The notes under the pieces were generated by a model. That model searched no databases. It was not told the origin of the DNA and saw only the letters and a program-made list of their open reading frames with translations. A stretch of 64,000 nt of DNA, taken from the NCBI GenBank assembly GCA_050949315.1, contig JBMNFL010000001.1:256001-320000 (forward strand), read 5' to 3'. Positions 1-9,108 of the stretch are shown here, in pieces. The position numbers were made by a program, and so were the translations under genes. Each line of letters starts with the position of its first letter. Positions within the stretch are counted from its first letter, which is position 1. Origin of the DNA: Bacilli bacterium (GTDB taxonomy: Bacteria; Bacillota_I; Bacilli_A; RFN20; UBA1709).

Positions 1-323
1 AGGATGAATTTCAGGAGAAGTTTATAGCCATCTACCTAGATAATTCATTAAGAATAATTCGTCAATTGGAGCTCTTTAAAGGGAGTTTAAATAAACATTT
101 AATTCATCCTAGGGATATTTTCCGTGAGGCGGTTAGGTTAAACTCGGCCAAAATAATAATCATTCATAACCATCCAAGTGGCGATTCTACACCTAGTGTT
201 GAGGATATAAAAGTCACAAAGGAACTTGTTAAACTGGGTGAAGAAATGGGGATTCCTATACTTGATCACATCATTATTTCTAAAGGATCCTATTGTTCAA
301 TTCGACGCTTATTATCCTCATAA
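1..323 (+). CDS. radC: RadC/JAB-domain protein, 3' part (truncated by window start)
   Basis: Frame is open from position 3 (DEFQEKFIAIYLD...); IHPRDIFREAV and the JAMM motif HNHPSGDSTPSVED, plus ILDHIII. Confidence 0.92.
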   Translation, partial: DEFQEKFIAIYLDNSLRIIRQLELFKGSLNKHLIHPRDIFREAVRLNSAKIIIIHNHPSGDSTPSVEDIKVTKELVKLGEEMGIPILDHIIISKGSYCSIRRLLSS

Positions 324-367
324 AACTACTAAAAAACTAATAAAAGGCGTTATTTAGTAGTTTTTTG
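322..367 (+). terminator. 12-bp inverted repeat followed by T-run after radC (possible terminator or protein site)
   Basis: AAAACTACTAAA (322-333) and TTTAGTAGTTTT (353-364); the stem is AT-rich and weak. Confidence 0.4.
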
Positions 368-458
368 ATTAATTGAATGAAACCCTGGGGTACCAAAAGA
401 ATGTGATGTTTTTTTCCTAATCAAAAAAGAATGCTTTTCTTAAGTAAAACGCGTGTTT

Positions 459-483
459 TTTCCACTTCTTTATTTTACAAATA
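459..483 (+). repeat. Left 25-bp target site duplication
   Basis: TTTCCACTTCTTTATTTTACAAATA, identical to 1604-1628 and directly abutting the IS end. Confidence 0.93.
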
Positions 484-1603
484 TGTTTAATATCAAATGA
501 TGTGAGACAAAATTAATAAAAAAAAGTAGGCATCTTATCTATAATGAAGTTGAACCAATATAGAAGGAGATGCCCATGGATATTTTAACACAAGAAAGAA
601 ATTATATACCAGTAGATATTGAAACAAAATTACACGCCTGCTTAAGGAGGACGGTTTCGTCCTGGCCAATAAGAAAAATTCTATCTTTTTATCACGTTAA
701 AAGGAGTTCGTTATATCGTTGGTTAAAGCGATTTGATGGAAGTAAAGAATCGTTATTAAATCGATCACATAGGCCTTTATCGGATCATCCTAATAAATTA
801 AAAGCGAATATTGTTAAGAGAATACTAGATCTCCACAGAAGAAATCCTGATCAATCATTTGTTGAAATATGGGTTAGATTAAAACATGATGGTATAGATA
901 TCTCGCCATCTAGTGTTCTAAGAACCTTTAAAAGAAATGAAGAATTTGTTCCCTACAAACCAAATCCTAAAAAGCATGACAAACAATACCATACGCCCAA
1001 AATGGTTCATGAAAAATGGCAAATGGATGTTAAATATGTTCCCAAAGAATGCAAAATTGATAGTTTGGAAGGTCGATTTTATCAATACACTATCTTAGAT
1101 GAATGTTCACGAAAAAGAGTTCTTTATTTCACGGCCGAACATTCAATGTATGAAAGTGTTCAGGCTTTGATCTTCGCTTATAAGAAAATAGGTTGTTTTC
1201 CAAAGGAAATTCAAACAGACAATGGTGTGGAATTCACTGATAAAGTTCGCCGCAAAAATAAGGGCGTGAATGTTAGAAAATATGAAAACTATTTAGAAAG
1301 ATTTTGTAGAACAAACCATATAAATCATCACTTGATAAGGCCTAGAACCCCCCAACATAATGGTAAGGTAGAAAGAAGTCATCGAATTGATCAAGATAAA
1401 TTCTATAAACATTTAAAATTTTATTCCCTCGATGATCTTAGATATCAAGGTAAATTATGGAACAAAAGATACAACAATTTACCTAAGCTTGTTCTTAAAT
1501 TTAAAACACCTAATGAAGTGGAACTTGAAAAGTTAATTGAATTGGTTCAAACTACTGGTGAGATAAGATGTAAGAAACGTCTCACATCATTTGCAACCTA
1601 ACA
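484..1603 (+). mobile_element. Insertion sequence, IS481/IS1202-like, 1120 bp
   Basis: TGT...ACA ends; 25-bp terminal IRs at 484-508 and 1579-1603 (20/25 match, inner 15 bp CAAATGATGTGAGAC identical); one DDE transposase; flanked by a 25-bp direct repeat. Confidence 0.93.
576..1601 (+). CDS. DDE transposase (HTH plus rve integrase core), IS481-like
   Basis: WQMDVKY, IQTDNGVEF and TPQHNGKVERSH motifs; N-terminal HTH (SSLYRWLKRF); AGGAG at 565-569 favours ATG 576; stop lies inside the right IR. Confidence 0.92.
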   Translation: MDILTQERNYIPVDIETKLHACLRRTVSSWPIRKILSFYHVKRSSLYRWLKRFDGSKESLLNRSHRPLSDHPNKLKANIVKRILDLHRRNPDQSFVEIWVRLKHDGIDISPSSVLRTFKRNEEFVPYKPNPKKHDKQYHTPKMVHEKWQMDVKYVPKECKIDSLEGRFYQYTILDECSRKRVLYFTAEHSMYESVQALIFAYKKIGCFPKEIQTDNGVEFTDKVRRKNKGVNVRKYENYLERFCRTNHINHHLIRPRTPQHNGKVERSHRIDQDKFYKHLKFYSLDDLRYQGKLWNKRYNNLPKLVLKFKTPNEVELEKLIELVQTTGEIRCKKRLTSFAT

Positions 1604-1628
1604 TTTCCACTTCTTTATTTTACAAATA
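1604..1628 (+). repeat. Right 25-bp target site duplication
   Basis: Identical to 459-483. Confidence 0.93.
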
Positions 1629-1632
1629 AACA

Positions 1633-1661
1633 TTGACATGAATGTGCTTGCGTGTTAAAAT
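1633..1661 (+). promoter_or_regulatory. SigmaA promoter of the rplU operon
   Basis: TTGACA (1633-1638), 17-bp spacer, extended -10 TG-N-TAAAAT (1653-1661). Confidence 0.8.
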
Positions 1662-1669
1662 GGCTTCGT

Positions 1670-1750
1670 TGTCAACCTAATTGGATGGGTTACAACCGCT
1701 CTCTCTAGGTTTTTAAAGCATTGCTACCTACTAGGCGAGTATTAATCCAA
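1670..1750 (+). ncRNA. L21 leader (ribosomal protein leader RNA)
   Basis: ACCGC...AGGTTTT..AGC..GC.ACCT...GGCGAGT pattern recalled from the Firmicute L21 leader; TTGGAT/ATCCAA closing stem; sits upstream of rplU. Confidence 0.7.
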
Positions 1751-1775
1751 ATGATTATCCATAGGAGGTGGGCAT

Positions 1776-2087
1776 ATGTACGCTATTATTGAAACGGGCG
1801 GGAAGCAAATTAAAGTTGTACCCGGTGAATCCGTTATGGTCGAGAAAATCGAGGCCACAGTTGGCGAGGAAGTTATTTTTGATAAAGTTCTCCTAGTTTG
1901 TGACAAAAAAGCCAAAATTGGTACACCCTATCTGAAGGGTGTTAAGGTCAAGGCTAAAGTTGAAAAACAAGATAAAAATAAAAAAATCGTTGTTTTCAAG
2001 TTTAAAGCAAAGTCTAACTATCGCATTAAGACTGGTCATCGTCAACCTTATACCAAAGTTCTCATTGAAGAAATTATAACGGCTTAA
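1776..2087 (+). CDS. rplU: 50S ribosomal protein L21
   Basis: [11 protein letters not shown]...GHRQPYT. Confidence 0.98.
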   Translation: MYAIIETGGKQIKVVPGESVMVEKIEATVGEEVIFDKVLLVCDKKAKIGTPYLKGVKVKAKVEKQDKNKKIVVFKFKAKSNYRIKTGHRQPYTKVLIEEIITA

Positions 2088-2392
2088 TGATTAAAGTTAC
2101 AGTTTATAAGAAAGATGAGTTAATTAATAAGGTTACGATCAAAGGGCACAGCAATTTCGCCCCAAAAGGTGAGGATATTGTATGTGCAGGCGTTAGTGCA
2201 ATAGGGGTTGGCATTGTCAATGCTCTTAATGAGATTACAAAAGTTCAACCAGAATATAAAGCCCAAGAAGGCGATTTTGAAGTCAAATTTCTGGAAACTA
2301 AAGAAAGTCAACTTATCGCAAGAGTTATGCTAGCTCAATTGTTAACAATTGAGGAAAGCTATAAAAACTATATAAAAATCGAGTATATTTAA
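2087..2392 (+). CDS. prp: Ribosomal-processing cysteine protease Prp (YsxB)
   Basis: GHS...DIVCAGVS motif; lies between rplU and rpmA. Confidence 0.95.
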   Translation: MIKVTVYKKDELINKVTIKGHSNFAPKGEDIVCAGVSAIGVGIVNALNEITKVQPEYKAQEGDFEVKFLETKESQLIARVMLAQLLTIEESYKNYIKIEYI

Positions 2393-2409
2393 ATAGGAGG
2401 TGTTCAGAT

Positions 2410-2694
2410 ATGTTATTAAAATTGAATCTACAATTATTCGCTTCTAAAAAAGGCGTTGGTTCAACCAAGAACGGTCGTGATTCTCATGCCAAGAGATTAG
2501 GCGCTAAGCTAAGCGATGGTCAAAATTGTACGGCTGGGGCTATTATTTATAGGCAAAGAGGTACTAAAGTTCATCCCGGAACCAATGTAGGCAAAGGCGC
2601 AGATGACACCCTATTCGCACTAGTTGATGGTATTGTTAAATTTGAAAGACTAGGTCGTAGTCGTACACAAGTTTCGGTATATCCACAAGCCTAG
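2410..2694 (+). CDS. rpmA: 50S ribosomal protein L27 with Prp-cleaved N-terminal extension
   Basis: [25 protein letters not shown]. Confidence 0.98.
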   Translation: MLLKLNLQLFASKKGVGSTKNGRDSHAKRLGAKLSDGQNCTAGAIIYRQRGTKVHPGTNVGKGADDTLFALVDGIVKFERLGRSRTQVSVYPQA

Positions 2695-2703
2695 AAGATG
2701 TTT

Positions 2704-2733
2704 ACTCCCGCGCCCAGCGGGAGTTTTATTTTA
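2704..2733 (+). terminator. Intrinsic terminator between rpmA and obgE
   Basis: ACTCCCGC-GCCCA-GCGGGAGT followed by TTTATTTT. Confidence 0.75.
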
Positions 2734-2748
2734 TTGAGGTGATGTTTT

Positions 2749-4035
2749 ACGTTTGTTGATCGTGTTGTTCTCCAAATCAAAGCAGGAAGCGGTGGCAATG
2801 GTGCCATCTCTTTTCTCCGTGAGAAATATGTTCCTAAAGGTGGTCCTGCTGGTGGTGATGGCGGCCGCGGTGGCAGTGTCTTCTTTGTCGCTGATAGTGG
2901 TTTGAGTACCCTATTAGAACTCAAATATCTTACTATGATTGTTGCCGGTAATGGTGAAAACGGTCAAAAGAAGAATAGTTATGGTAAAGCTGCTCAGGAT
3001 ATCTATGTTAAGGTTCCCGTTGGAACTTTGGTTATCGATCAAAAAAGTAAGCGTATTATCGCCGATTTAACCGTAGATAAGCAAGTAGCCATGATTGCTA
3101 AGGGTGGTCGGGGCGGGCGAGGTAATGCCAAGTTTGCTACCGCTGTTAACCGCGTTCCTAGAATTGCTGAGAATGGCGAACCAGGTGAAGAATTAACGGC
3201 AATTATTGAATTAAAATTACTGGCTGATGTCGGTTTAGTTGGTTTGCCATCAGTTGGAAAATCCACGATATTATCCAGGGTAAGTGCTGCTAAGCCCGAG
3301 ATTGCCGACTATCCTTTTACAACCTTGATACCTAATTTGGGCCTTGTTCAGACTAAAGATGCTTCGTCTAGTTTTGTTATGGCTGATTTGCCAGGGCTTA
3401 TTGAAGGCGCTCATCAAGGTAAAGGACTTGGTCTAGATTTTCTAAGACATGTTGAACGTTGTCGTGTCCTTATCCACGTCCTTGATATGAGCGGAAGTGA
3501 AGGACGTAATCCCATTCAGGATTTTAGAGATATCAATAAAGAACTTAGAGCTTACAATGTGGGTTTACTAGAAAAACCTATGATAGTCGCTGCTAATAAA
3601 ATGGATTTAGAGGGAGCAGAAAAAAGGCTTAGGGCCTTCAAAAAAGCTTATCCTTTACTGGAGGTTTTCCCTATCAGTGCTTTAAATTCAAAGGGTCTAG
3701 ATAAGCTAGTCTATCGGGCCGCGGAGTTAGTTAAGAGCACACCGATAAAACCTCTGTTTGCTACCAAGAAAATAAGCGACGGCAAATTTGTTTATGAATA
3801 TCGAGCCGATGATCCTGGCTTTATTATAAAACATCCTGCGAATAATCTATGGGTTGTTAGTGGAGAAAGGATTGAAAAATTATATAAAATGACTAATATT
3901 TCGGATGATCAGGGCCTAACTTATCTGATAAATACCATGCGTAAAATGGGTGTTGAAAACGAACTCATTAAGCGGGGTATTAAAGAAGGAGATATTGTTC
4001 GACTCTGTGACTATGAATTTGAATACTATGAATAG
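2749..4035 (+). CDS. obgE: GTPase Obg/CgtA, 428 aa, apparent ACG start
   Basis: Frame extends upstream of the ORF-track call as (ACG)FVDRVVLQIKAGSGGNG...GGPAGGDGGRGG; SD GAGGTGA at 2736-2742; in-frame TGA at 2740; G motifs GLPSVGKST, DLPG, NKMD. Confidence 0.95.
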   Translation, partial: TFVDRVVLQIKAGSGGNGAISFLREKYVPKGGPAGGDGGRGGSVFFVADSGLSTLLELKYLTMIVAGNGENGQKKNSYGKAAQDIYVKVPVGTLVIDQKSKRIIADLTVDKQVAMIAKGGRGGRGNAKFATAVNRVPRIAENGEPGEELTAIIELKLLADVGLVGLPSVGKSTILSRVSAAKPEIADYPFTTLIPNLGLVQTKDASSSFVMADLPGLIEGAHQGKGLGLDFLRHVERCRVLIHVLDMSGSEGRNPIQDFRDINKELRAYNVGLLEKPMIVAANKMDLEGAEKRLRAFKKAYPLLEVFPISALNSKGLDKLVYRAAELVKSTPIKPLFATKKISDGKFVYEYRADDPGFIIKHPANNLWVVSGERIEKLYKMTNISDDQGLTYLINTMRKMGVENELIKRGIKEGDIVRLCDYEFEYYE

Positions 4036-4046
4036 GAGGGGACAAA

Positions 4047-5840
4047 GTGAAGATATTTAAAATTTTTAAGCGCTATGCCAAAAAATTAACTTGGCTTATC
4101 ATTGGAGTCGTTGTTTTAGCCATTGTTTTAAACTATGTCCGCAGCCTAATTCCTCTGTATATTGGTAAGGTTTTTGGAATTTTAGACTATAGTGAAAAAT
4201 CAACTTTACCAAGCTTTATTGAGGCCTTATTTGTTGGCCTTGATACCGTACAACAACTGCTTTTAGTGATGGTTTGTATCATTGTAACGGCGGCCATTAG
4301 AGAAACAGTTAATGTTATTTCCGATTTAAGTATTTCCTATGTTTCGGAAACTATTGGTTATAATGTTCAAACTGACTTTTATAACCGAGTGCAGGAACTA
4401 CCATATTCTTACTTAAATAGCCATGAAACTGGCGATTTAATTCAAAGGAGCACTTCGGATATCATCCGAGTCAAGCGTTTTCTTGGTGAAGCCTTGCCGC
4501 AAATGATGACAGGAATTGTTCAAATCGTTATTTATGCAAGCCAGATGCTGATCATCGATTTACGCTTAGGTGGCATTTTGCTAGCCTGTTTACCAGTTAT
4601 TGTGGTCTTTTCAACAATCTACCATCGGAAAATGCGTCCAACTTTCAGCGCGATGGAGGTAAATGAAGGACGTTTAACCACGGTGATTCAAGAAAATTTA
4701 ACGGGTATAAGGGTGGTTAAAGCCTTTGCTAATGAGAATGAAGAAATGAAGAAGTTTGATGAAAGTATGGGCACGTTTACGGGTTCTTGGCGTAAGCTAA
4801 TGAGCCGGATGTCTTCTTATTGGGCAGTTCTTGACGGCTATTCTATGTTGCTCATGTTATTTGCCTTTGTGCTCGGTGTGATATTTATTATGAATAATTC
4901 TCTTAATTTATCACAGGTTATTTCTATTTTCCTCTATGTTCAATACATTATTTGGCCTACTAGGATGATGGGGCGACTGATTGGAGAAATGAGTAGAACT
5001 AATATCGCCAGTGGTCGTATCTTGGAAATTGTTGAGATTCCCACAGAATTTGAACTCGATAATGGTGAACTCAAACCTGAAATTCATGGTAATATCAGCT
5101 TTGAAAATGTCGCCTTCCAATTCAGTGATAGTAATAAACCGACTATTCACAATATCAATTTAGAGATTAAACAAGGCGAAACCATTGCCTTGCTTGGGAA
5201 AACGGGCAGTGGGAAATCGGTCTTAGTAAGTTTATTGAATCGCATGTTAGAAACGACAGAAGGCACCATAAAAATTGATGGTGTTGATATTAAGGATATT
5301 GAAAAGAAGTATCTAAGGCGTAATGTTGGTCTTGTCCTACAAGAACCCTTTCTCTTTTCCATGACCATTGCCGAAAACATCGGTATTATTCAAGATAAAA
5401 GTGATTTAACCCGCATCCAAGAAGTCTCAGAGATAGCCGCGGTTAAAAGTGATATTGAACGCTTTGATCGGGGCTTTGACACCATGGTAGGCGAGCGAGG
5501 AGTGACTTTATCGGGTGGTCAGAAGCAAAGGATTTCTATTGCTAGAATCATTGTGGAAAATAAGCCGATTTTGGTCTTTGATGATTCCTTGAGTGCCGTT
5601 GATACCGAAACCGACATCAAAATTCGCAATGCCTTAAATAATCGGCAGACCAAGGCTACCACTATTATCATTACTCATCGGGTTTCAACAGCGATGGATG
5701 CTGACCGCATTGTAATTTTAGAAGATGGAACCATCAGTCAAATTGGCACCTTTGATGAATTGATTAAACAAGAAGGGTTGCTCAAAAACATTTGGGAAAT
5801 CCAGAACTATTTTGAAGATGAAAAGGGAGGTGTTAACTAA
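4047..5840 (+). CDS. ABC exporter subunit (TMD plus NBD), heterodimer partner 1
   Basis: N-terminal TM domain; GKTGSGKS, LSGGQKQR and degenerate Walker B LVFDDS. Confidence 0.92.
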   Translation: MKIFKIFKRYAKKLTWLIIGVVVLAIVLNYVRSLIPLYIGKVFGILDYSEKSTLPSFIEALFVGLDTVQQLLLVMVCIIVTAAIRETVNVISDLSISYVSETIGYNVQTDFYNRVQELPYSYLNSHETGDLIQRSTSDIIRVKRFLGEALPQMMTGIVQIVIYASQMLIIDLRLGGILLACLPVIVVFSTIYHRKMRPTFSAMEVNEGRLTTVIQENLTGIRVVKAFANENEEMKKFDESMGTFTGSWRKLMSRMSSYWAVLDGYSMLLMLFAFVLGVIFIMNNSLNLSQVISIFLYVQYIIWPTRMMGRLIGEMSRTNIASGRILEIVEIPTEFELDNGELKPEIHGNISFENVAFQFSDSNKPTIHNINLEIKQGETIALLGKTGSGKSVLVSLLNRMLETTEGTIKIDGVDIKDIEKKYLRRNVGLVLQEPFLFSMTIAENIGIIQDKSDLTRIQEVSEIAAVKSDIERFDRGFDTMVGERGVTLSGGQKQRISIARIIVENKPILVFDDSLSAVDTETDIKIRNALNNRQTKATTIIITHRVSTAMDADRIVILEDGTISQIGTFDELIKQEGLLKNIWEIQNYFEDEKGGVN

Positions 5841-7687
5841 TGCACGAAGAATTTGATAGCATCAACCTTAAGGGTAAACTTGATTTTAAAGTTTGGAAGA
5901 AAATTTTCAGTTATATTGCACAGTATAAAAAACTGATAGTTTTTGGCGTTATCAGTATTATTGCTACCGCCTTATTAGAAACGCTTATTATCGAATACTT
6001 ATCCCAGGCAGGAATTCAAAGATTTGTTAGCAGTGGTGCTGCTTTTGATCAAAACGCCTTTATTCTTTTTGTTCTGGGTATGGCTGGTTTAATTGTGGCT
6101 GAGGCAATTGCGGTTAAGATCTTTATCACTTGCTGCGCGCGCTTAGACTTACATATGTATGAAAATCTCGCCCGAGCGGAATTTAAGCACCTACAAGGCT
6201 TATCTTACTCCTTCTTTGATAAATACTCGGTCGGTTGGTTAATCGCTAGAGTAACCTCGGATACTGGGCGTTTAGGCGAAATTATCTCTTGGGGACTTAA
6301 CGATATCATCTGGGCCTTCTTTAAATTAATCTTTATTTTAATCTTTATGATGCGCTACAGTGTGAAACTATCCTTGATCATGTTGATTATCGTTCCAATT
6401 ATTCTCGCAATCAGCATTCCTTTCAGGCGGGTTGTGGTTAAATACTTTTGGAAGATAAGGAAGATTAATGCTCAGGTAACCTCATCCTTAAACGAGGGTA
6501 TCATGGGGGCTACGACTTCGAAATCGTTAGTTTTAGAAGAAAAAAATCTCCGTAATTTCTCGGGTTTAGTGAAAAATTATCGTTCAACCTCTATTCGGGC
6601 CGCCGTCTTTACCTCACTTTACTATCAGTCCGTGGCGATAGTTGCGGCCTTAGGTATCGCTTTAATGTGTTACTATGGTGGTTATGAAGCTTATATTGGT
6701 GGTATTGAAACCGGTTTGCTTTTCATGTTTATCTCTTATACTACGATGTTCTTTGAACCGGTGCTTAGTATTGCTAGAATCAGCAACCAGATGAAGCAAG
6801 CCCAAGTGGCTGCGGAACGGGTATTTAACCTATTAAATGTGGAAACTGAAATCCCTGATACCTTAGAAGTTATTGAAAAATACGGGGATTATGATAATCC
6901 TAAGAAAGAGAATTGGGAAGAGTTAAACGGTGATGTTGAATTTAAAGATGTCAGTTTTGCCTACTCAGGTACTAACAAAACTGTCTTAAAGAACTTTAAC
7001 CTGAGGGTTAAAAAAGGAATGACCGTCGCCTTAGTTGGCGAGACAGGGGCTGGTAAGTCAACTATTGTCAACTTGCTCTGTCGTTTTTATGAGCCTACTA
7101 GTGGCACCATTAACATCGATGGGCGTTGTTATAAAGAGCGTTCAGTTGGCTGGTTACATGCCAATTTAGGTTATGTTATGCAGACACCACACTTGTTTAG
7201 TGGTACAATTAAAGAGAATATCCGTTATGGCAATTTAGAAGCCAGTGATGAAGAGATTATTGCGGCAGCTAAGGCTGCTAACGCTCATGACTTTATATCA
7301 AAGTTAGATAAAGGCTATGATACTGAAGTTGGTGAAGGTGGAAGTCGTCTTTCTCAAGGCCAAAAACAGTTAGTTTCCTTTGCTAGGGCCATTGTCGCCG
7401 ATCCGCGCATTTTAGTTTTAGATGAAGCGACTAGTTCCATTGATACTGAAACTGAGATGGTCATTCAAAAAGCCATCGGGAATATCTTAAAAGGACGCAC
7501 CTCCTTTGTTATTGCCCACCGTTTATCTACGATTACCAATGCCGATTTAATCTTAGTTATCAAGGACGGCATGTTGACTGAAAAGGGCACACATCAGGAG
7601 TTATTAGCACTTAAGGGCTACTACTATAAGCTTTATACCAATCAATTTGTTGAAGATAAAATGAAGGAAATGAAGATCGTTTCCTAG
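5840..7687 (+). CDS. ABC exporter subunit (TMD plus NBD), heterodimer partner 2
   Basis: GETGAGKST, LSQGQKQ, VLDEAT, IAHRL; TAATG overlap with partner 1. Confidence 0.92.
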   Translation: MHEEFDSINLKGKLDFKVWKKIFSYIAQYKKLIVFGVISIIATALLETLIIEYLSQAGIQRFVSSGAAFDQNAFILFVLGMAGLIVAEAIAVKIFITCCARLDLHMYENLARAEFKHLQGLSYSFFDKYSVGWLIARVTSDTGRLGEIISWGLNDIIWAFFKLIFILIFMMRYSVKLSLIMLIIVPIILAISIPFRRVVVKYFWKIRKINAQVTSSLNEGIMGATTSKSLVLEEKNLRNFSGLVKNYRSTSIRAAVFTSLYYQSVAIVAALGIALMCYYGGYEAYIGGIETGLLFMFISYTTMFFEPVLSIARISNQMKQAQVAAERVFNLLNVETEIPDTLEVIEKYGDYDNPKKENWEELNGDVEFKDVSFAYSGTNKTVLKNFNLRVKKGMTVALVGETGAGKSTIVNLLCRFYEPTSGTINIDGRCYKERSVGWLHANLGYVMQTPHLFSGTIKENIRYGNLEASDEEIIAAAKAANAHDFISKLDKGYDTEVGEGGSRLSQGQKQLVSFARAIVADPRILVLDEATSSIDTETEMVIQKAIGNILKGRTSFVIAHRLSTITNADLILVIKDGMLTEKGTHQELLALKGYYYKLYTNQFVEDKMKEMKIVS

Positions 7688-7698
7688 AAGGGAGCAGT

Positions 7699-8442
7699 AT
7701 GGAACTAAAAGAATATTTAGACTATTTAGTTGATTTTCTCAAAGATTACCTAAAGAAGGCTAATGCCGATGGCTATGTGCTCGGTGTTTCGGGTGGTGTT
7801 GATTCCGCTGTCTGCGCCCAATTAATAAAAAGAGCCTGTGGTGATAACTGCTTGGGCCTTATTTTACCTTGTTATTCTGAGCCTACAGACACCGAAGATG
7901 CCATTTTAGCTTGTAAAGCGGCCAATTTAGAGTTTAAGACTATAAGTCTTAACGATAATTTTGACATCTTTAAAAAGTTGTTAATTAGTAGTTTTAAAGT
8001 AGAAAATAATAGCAATAGCCTTATGACATTTGCTAACCTAAAAGCGCGTCTAAGGATGCTTACACTTTACGCGACGGCCCAATTAAAAAGGTACTTAGTT
8101 ATCGGCACTGATAATCTAGCCGAGTACTATGTGGGTTACTTTACTAAGCACGGTGATGGGGCCTGTGACATTTTACCTTTGGTGCGTCTAACTAAAACCG
8201 AGGTGACTGAGGCGGCTAGGATTTTAGGGGTTCCCGAAAAAATTATCAATAAGCGCCCCACGGCGGGACTTATTGAGAGTAGTTATGATGAGCTAGAGTT
8301 GGGCTTTAGTTATAAAGATCTTGATGCTTTCTTAAGGAAACAGGAAATTGACCCCAGAATTAGGGCGAAAATTGAGCAAATGCATAAGAATAGCGCCCAT
8401 AAGCGCGCCTTAGCGCCAAGACCTAAGCCTTTCCGGCCATAA
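7699..8442 (+). CDS. nadE: NH3-dependent NAD+ synthetase
   Basis: GVSGGVDS, NLKARLRM, GYFTKHGDG. Confidence 0.95.
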   Translation: MELKEYLDYLVDFLKDYLKKANADGYVLGVSGGVDSAVCAQLIKRACGDNCLGLILPCYSEPTDTEDAILACKAANLEFKTISLNDNFDIFKKLLISSFKVENNSNSLMTFANLKARLRMLTLYATAQLKRYLVIGTDNLAEYYVGYFTKHGDGACDILPLVRLTKTEVTEAARILGVPEKIINKRPTAGLIESSYDELELGFSYKDLDAFLRKQEIDPRIRAKIEQMHKNSAHKRALAPRPKPFRP

Positions 8443-8447
8443 ATTTT

Positions 8448-8477
8448 ACGCTTTGACATAGTCAAGGCGTTTTTTTT
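8448..8477 (+). terminator. Intrinsic terminator after nadE
   Basis: ACGCTTTGAC-ATA-GTCAAGGCGT followed by poly-T. Confidence 0.8.
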
Positions 8478-8514
8478 ATGTTATCATATACAAAGTTAAA
8501 AAGGAGGTGTTAGG

Positions 8515-9096
8515 GTGTTTGATTACATCATTGGCTACGTAAGAGAAGTAAAACCAAATATGATTGTTTTAGAAAGCAATAACGTTGGTTATCAGTTAAG
8601 TATTGCTAATCCCAGTTTTTATAAACTCGGGGAACTTATGAAAATCTACACCTTTTTACACGTAAGAGATGATGCTTTTGTTCTCTATGGTTTTAAAGAT
8701 CAAGAGGAAAGGCGTCTTTTCCTCAAATTAATTGACGTTTCGGGTTTAGGTCCCAAAACCGTTATCGGAATGTTCGTTAATGTCACGGCCCCTCAATTGA
8801 TCCAGGCGATTGAGACGAGTAACACCGCTTTTTTAAAGAAATTACCAGGAATTGGTCCCAAGGCGGCCCAGCAAATCATCCTTGATTTAAAGGGAAAATT
8901 GGTTTTAGATAGCGACGTTGCCGCTGGTGTTAAAATTAGTAATGAATTAGAAGAAACACGCGAGGCTTTAAAGTCTTTAGGCTTTAAAGTCAGTGAAATT
9001 GATGGGGTTTTAGCCAAATTAAGTAAGACTAAAGCCACCACCAAAGAGTATCTAAAACAAGCTTTAAAAATGCTTAACAAAGCAAAAACATATTAA
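8515..9096 (+). CDS. ruvA: Holliday junction branch migration protein RuvA
   Basis: VGYQL, LYGF, VSGLGPK, LPGIGPKAAQQIILDLK. Confidence 0.96.
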   Translation: MFDYIIGYVREVKPNMIVLESNNVGYQLSIANPSFYKLGELMKIYTFLHVRDDAFVLYGFKDQEERRLFLKLIDVSGLGPKTVIGMFVNVTAPQLIQAIETSNTAFLKKLPGIGPKAAQQIILDLKGKLVLDSDVAAGVKISNELEETREALKSLGFKVSEIDGVLAKLSKTKATTKEYLKQALKMLNKAKTY

Positions 9097-9108
9097 GGGA
9101 GAAAAAAG

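Noticed and set aside
2902-4035. obgE as an N-terminally truncated gene or pseudogene
   Set aside because: The complete Obg N-terminus is in frame from 2749; only the start codon is atypical
4047-7687. Degenerate ABC motifs (FDDS, LSQGQ) as a novelty
   Set aside because: One degenerate site is normal for heterodimeric exporters such as TM287/288
8453-8487. TTGACA in the nadE terminator as the ruvA -35
   Set aside because: Spacing to the TATCAT -10 is 23 bp, which is too long
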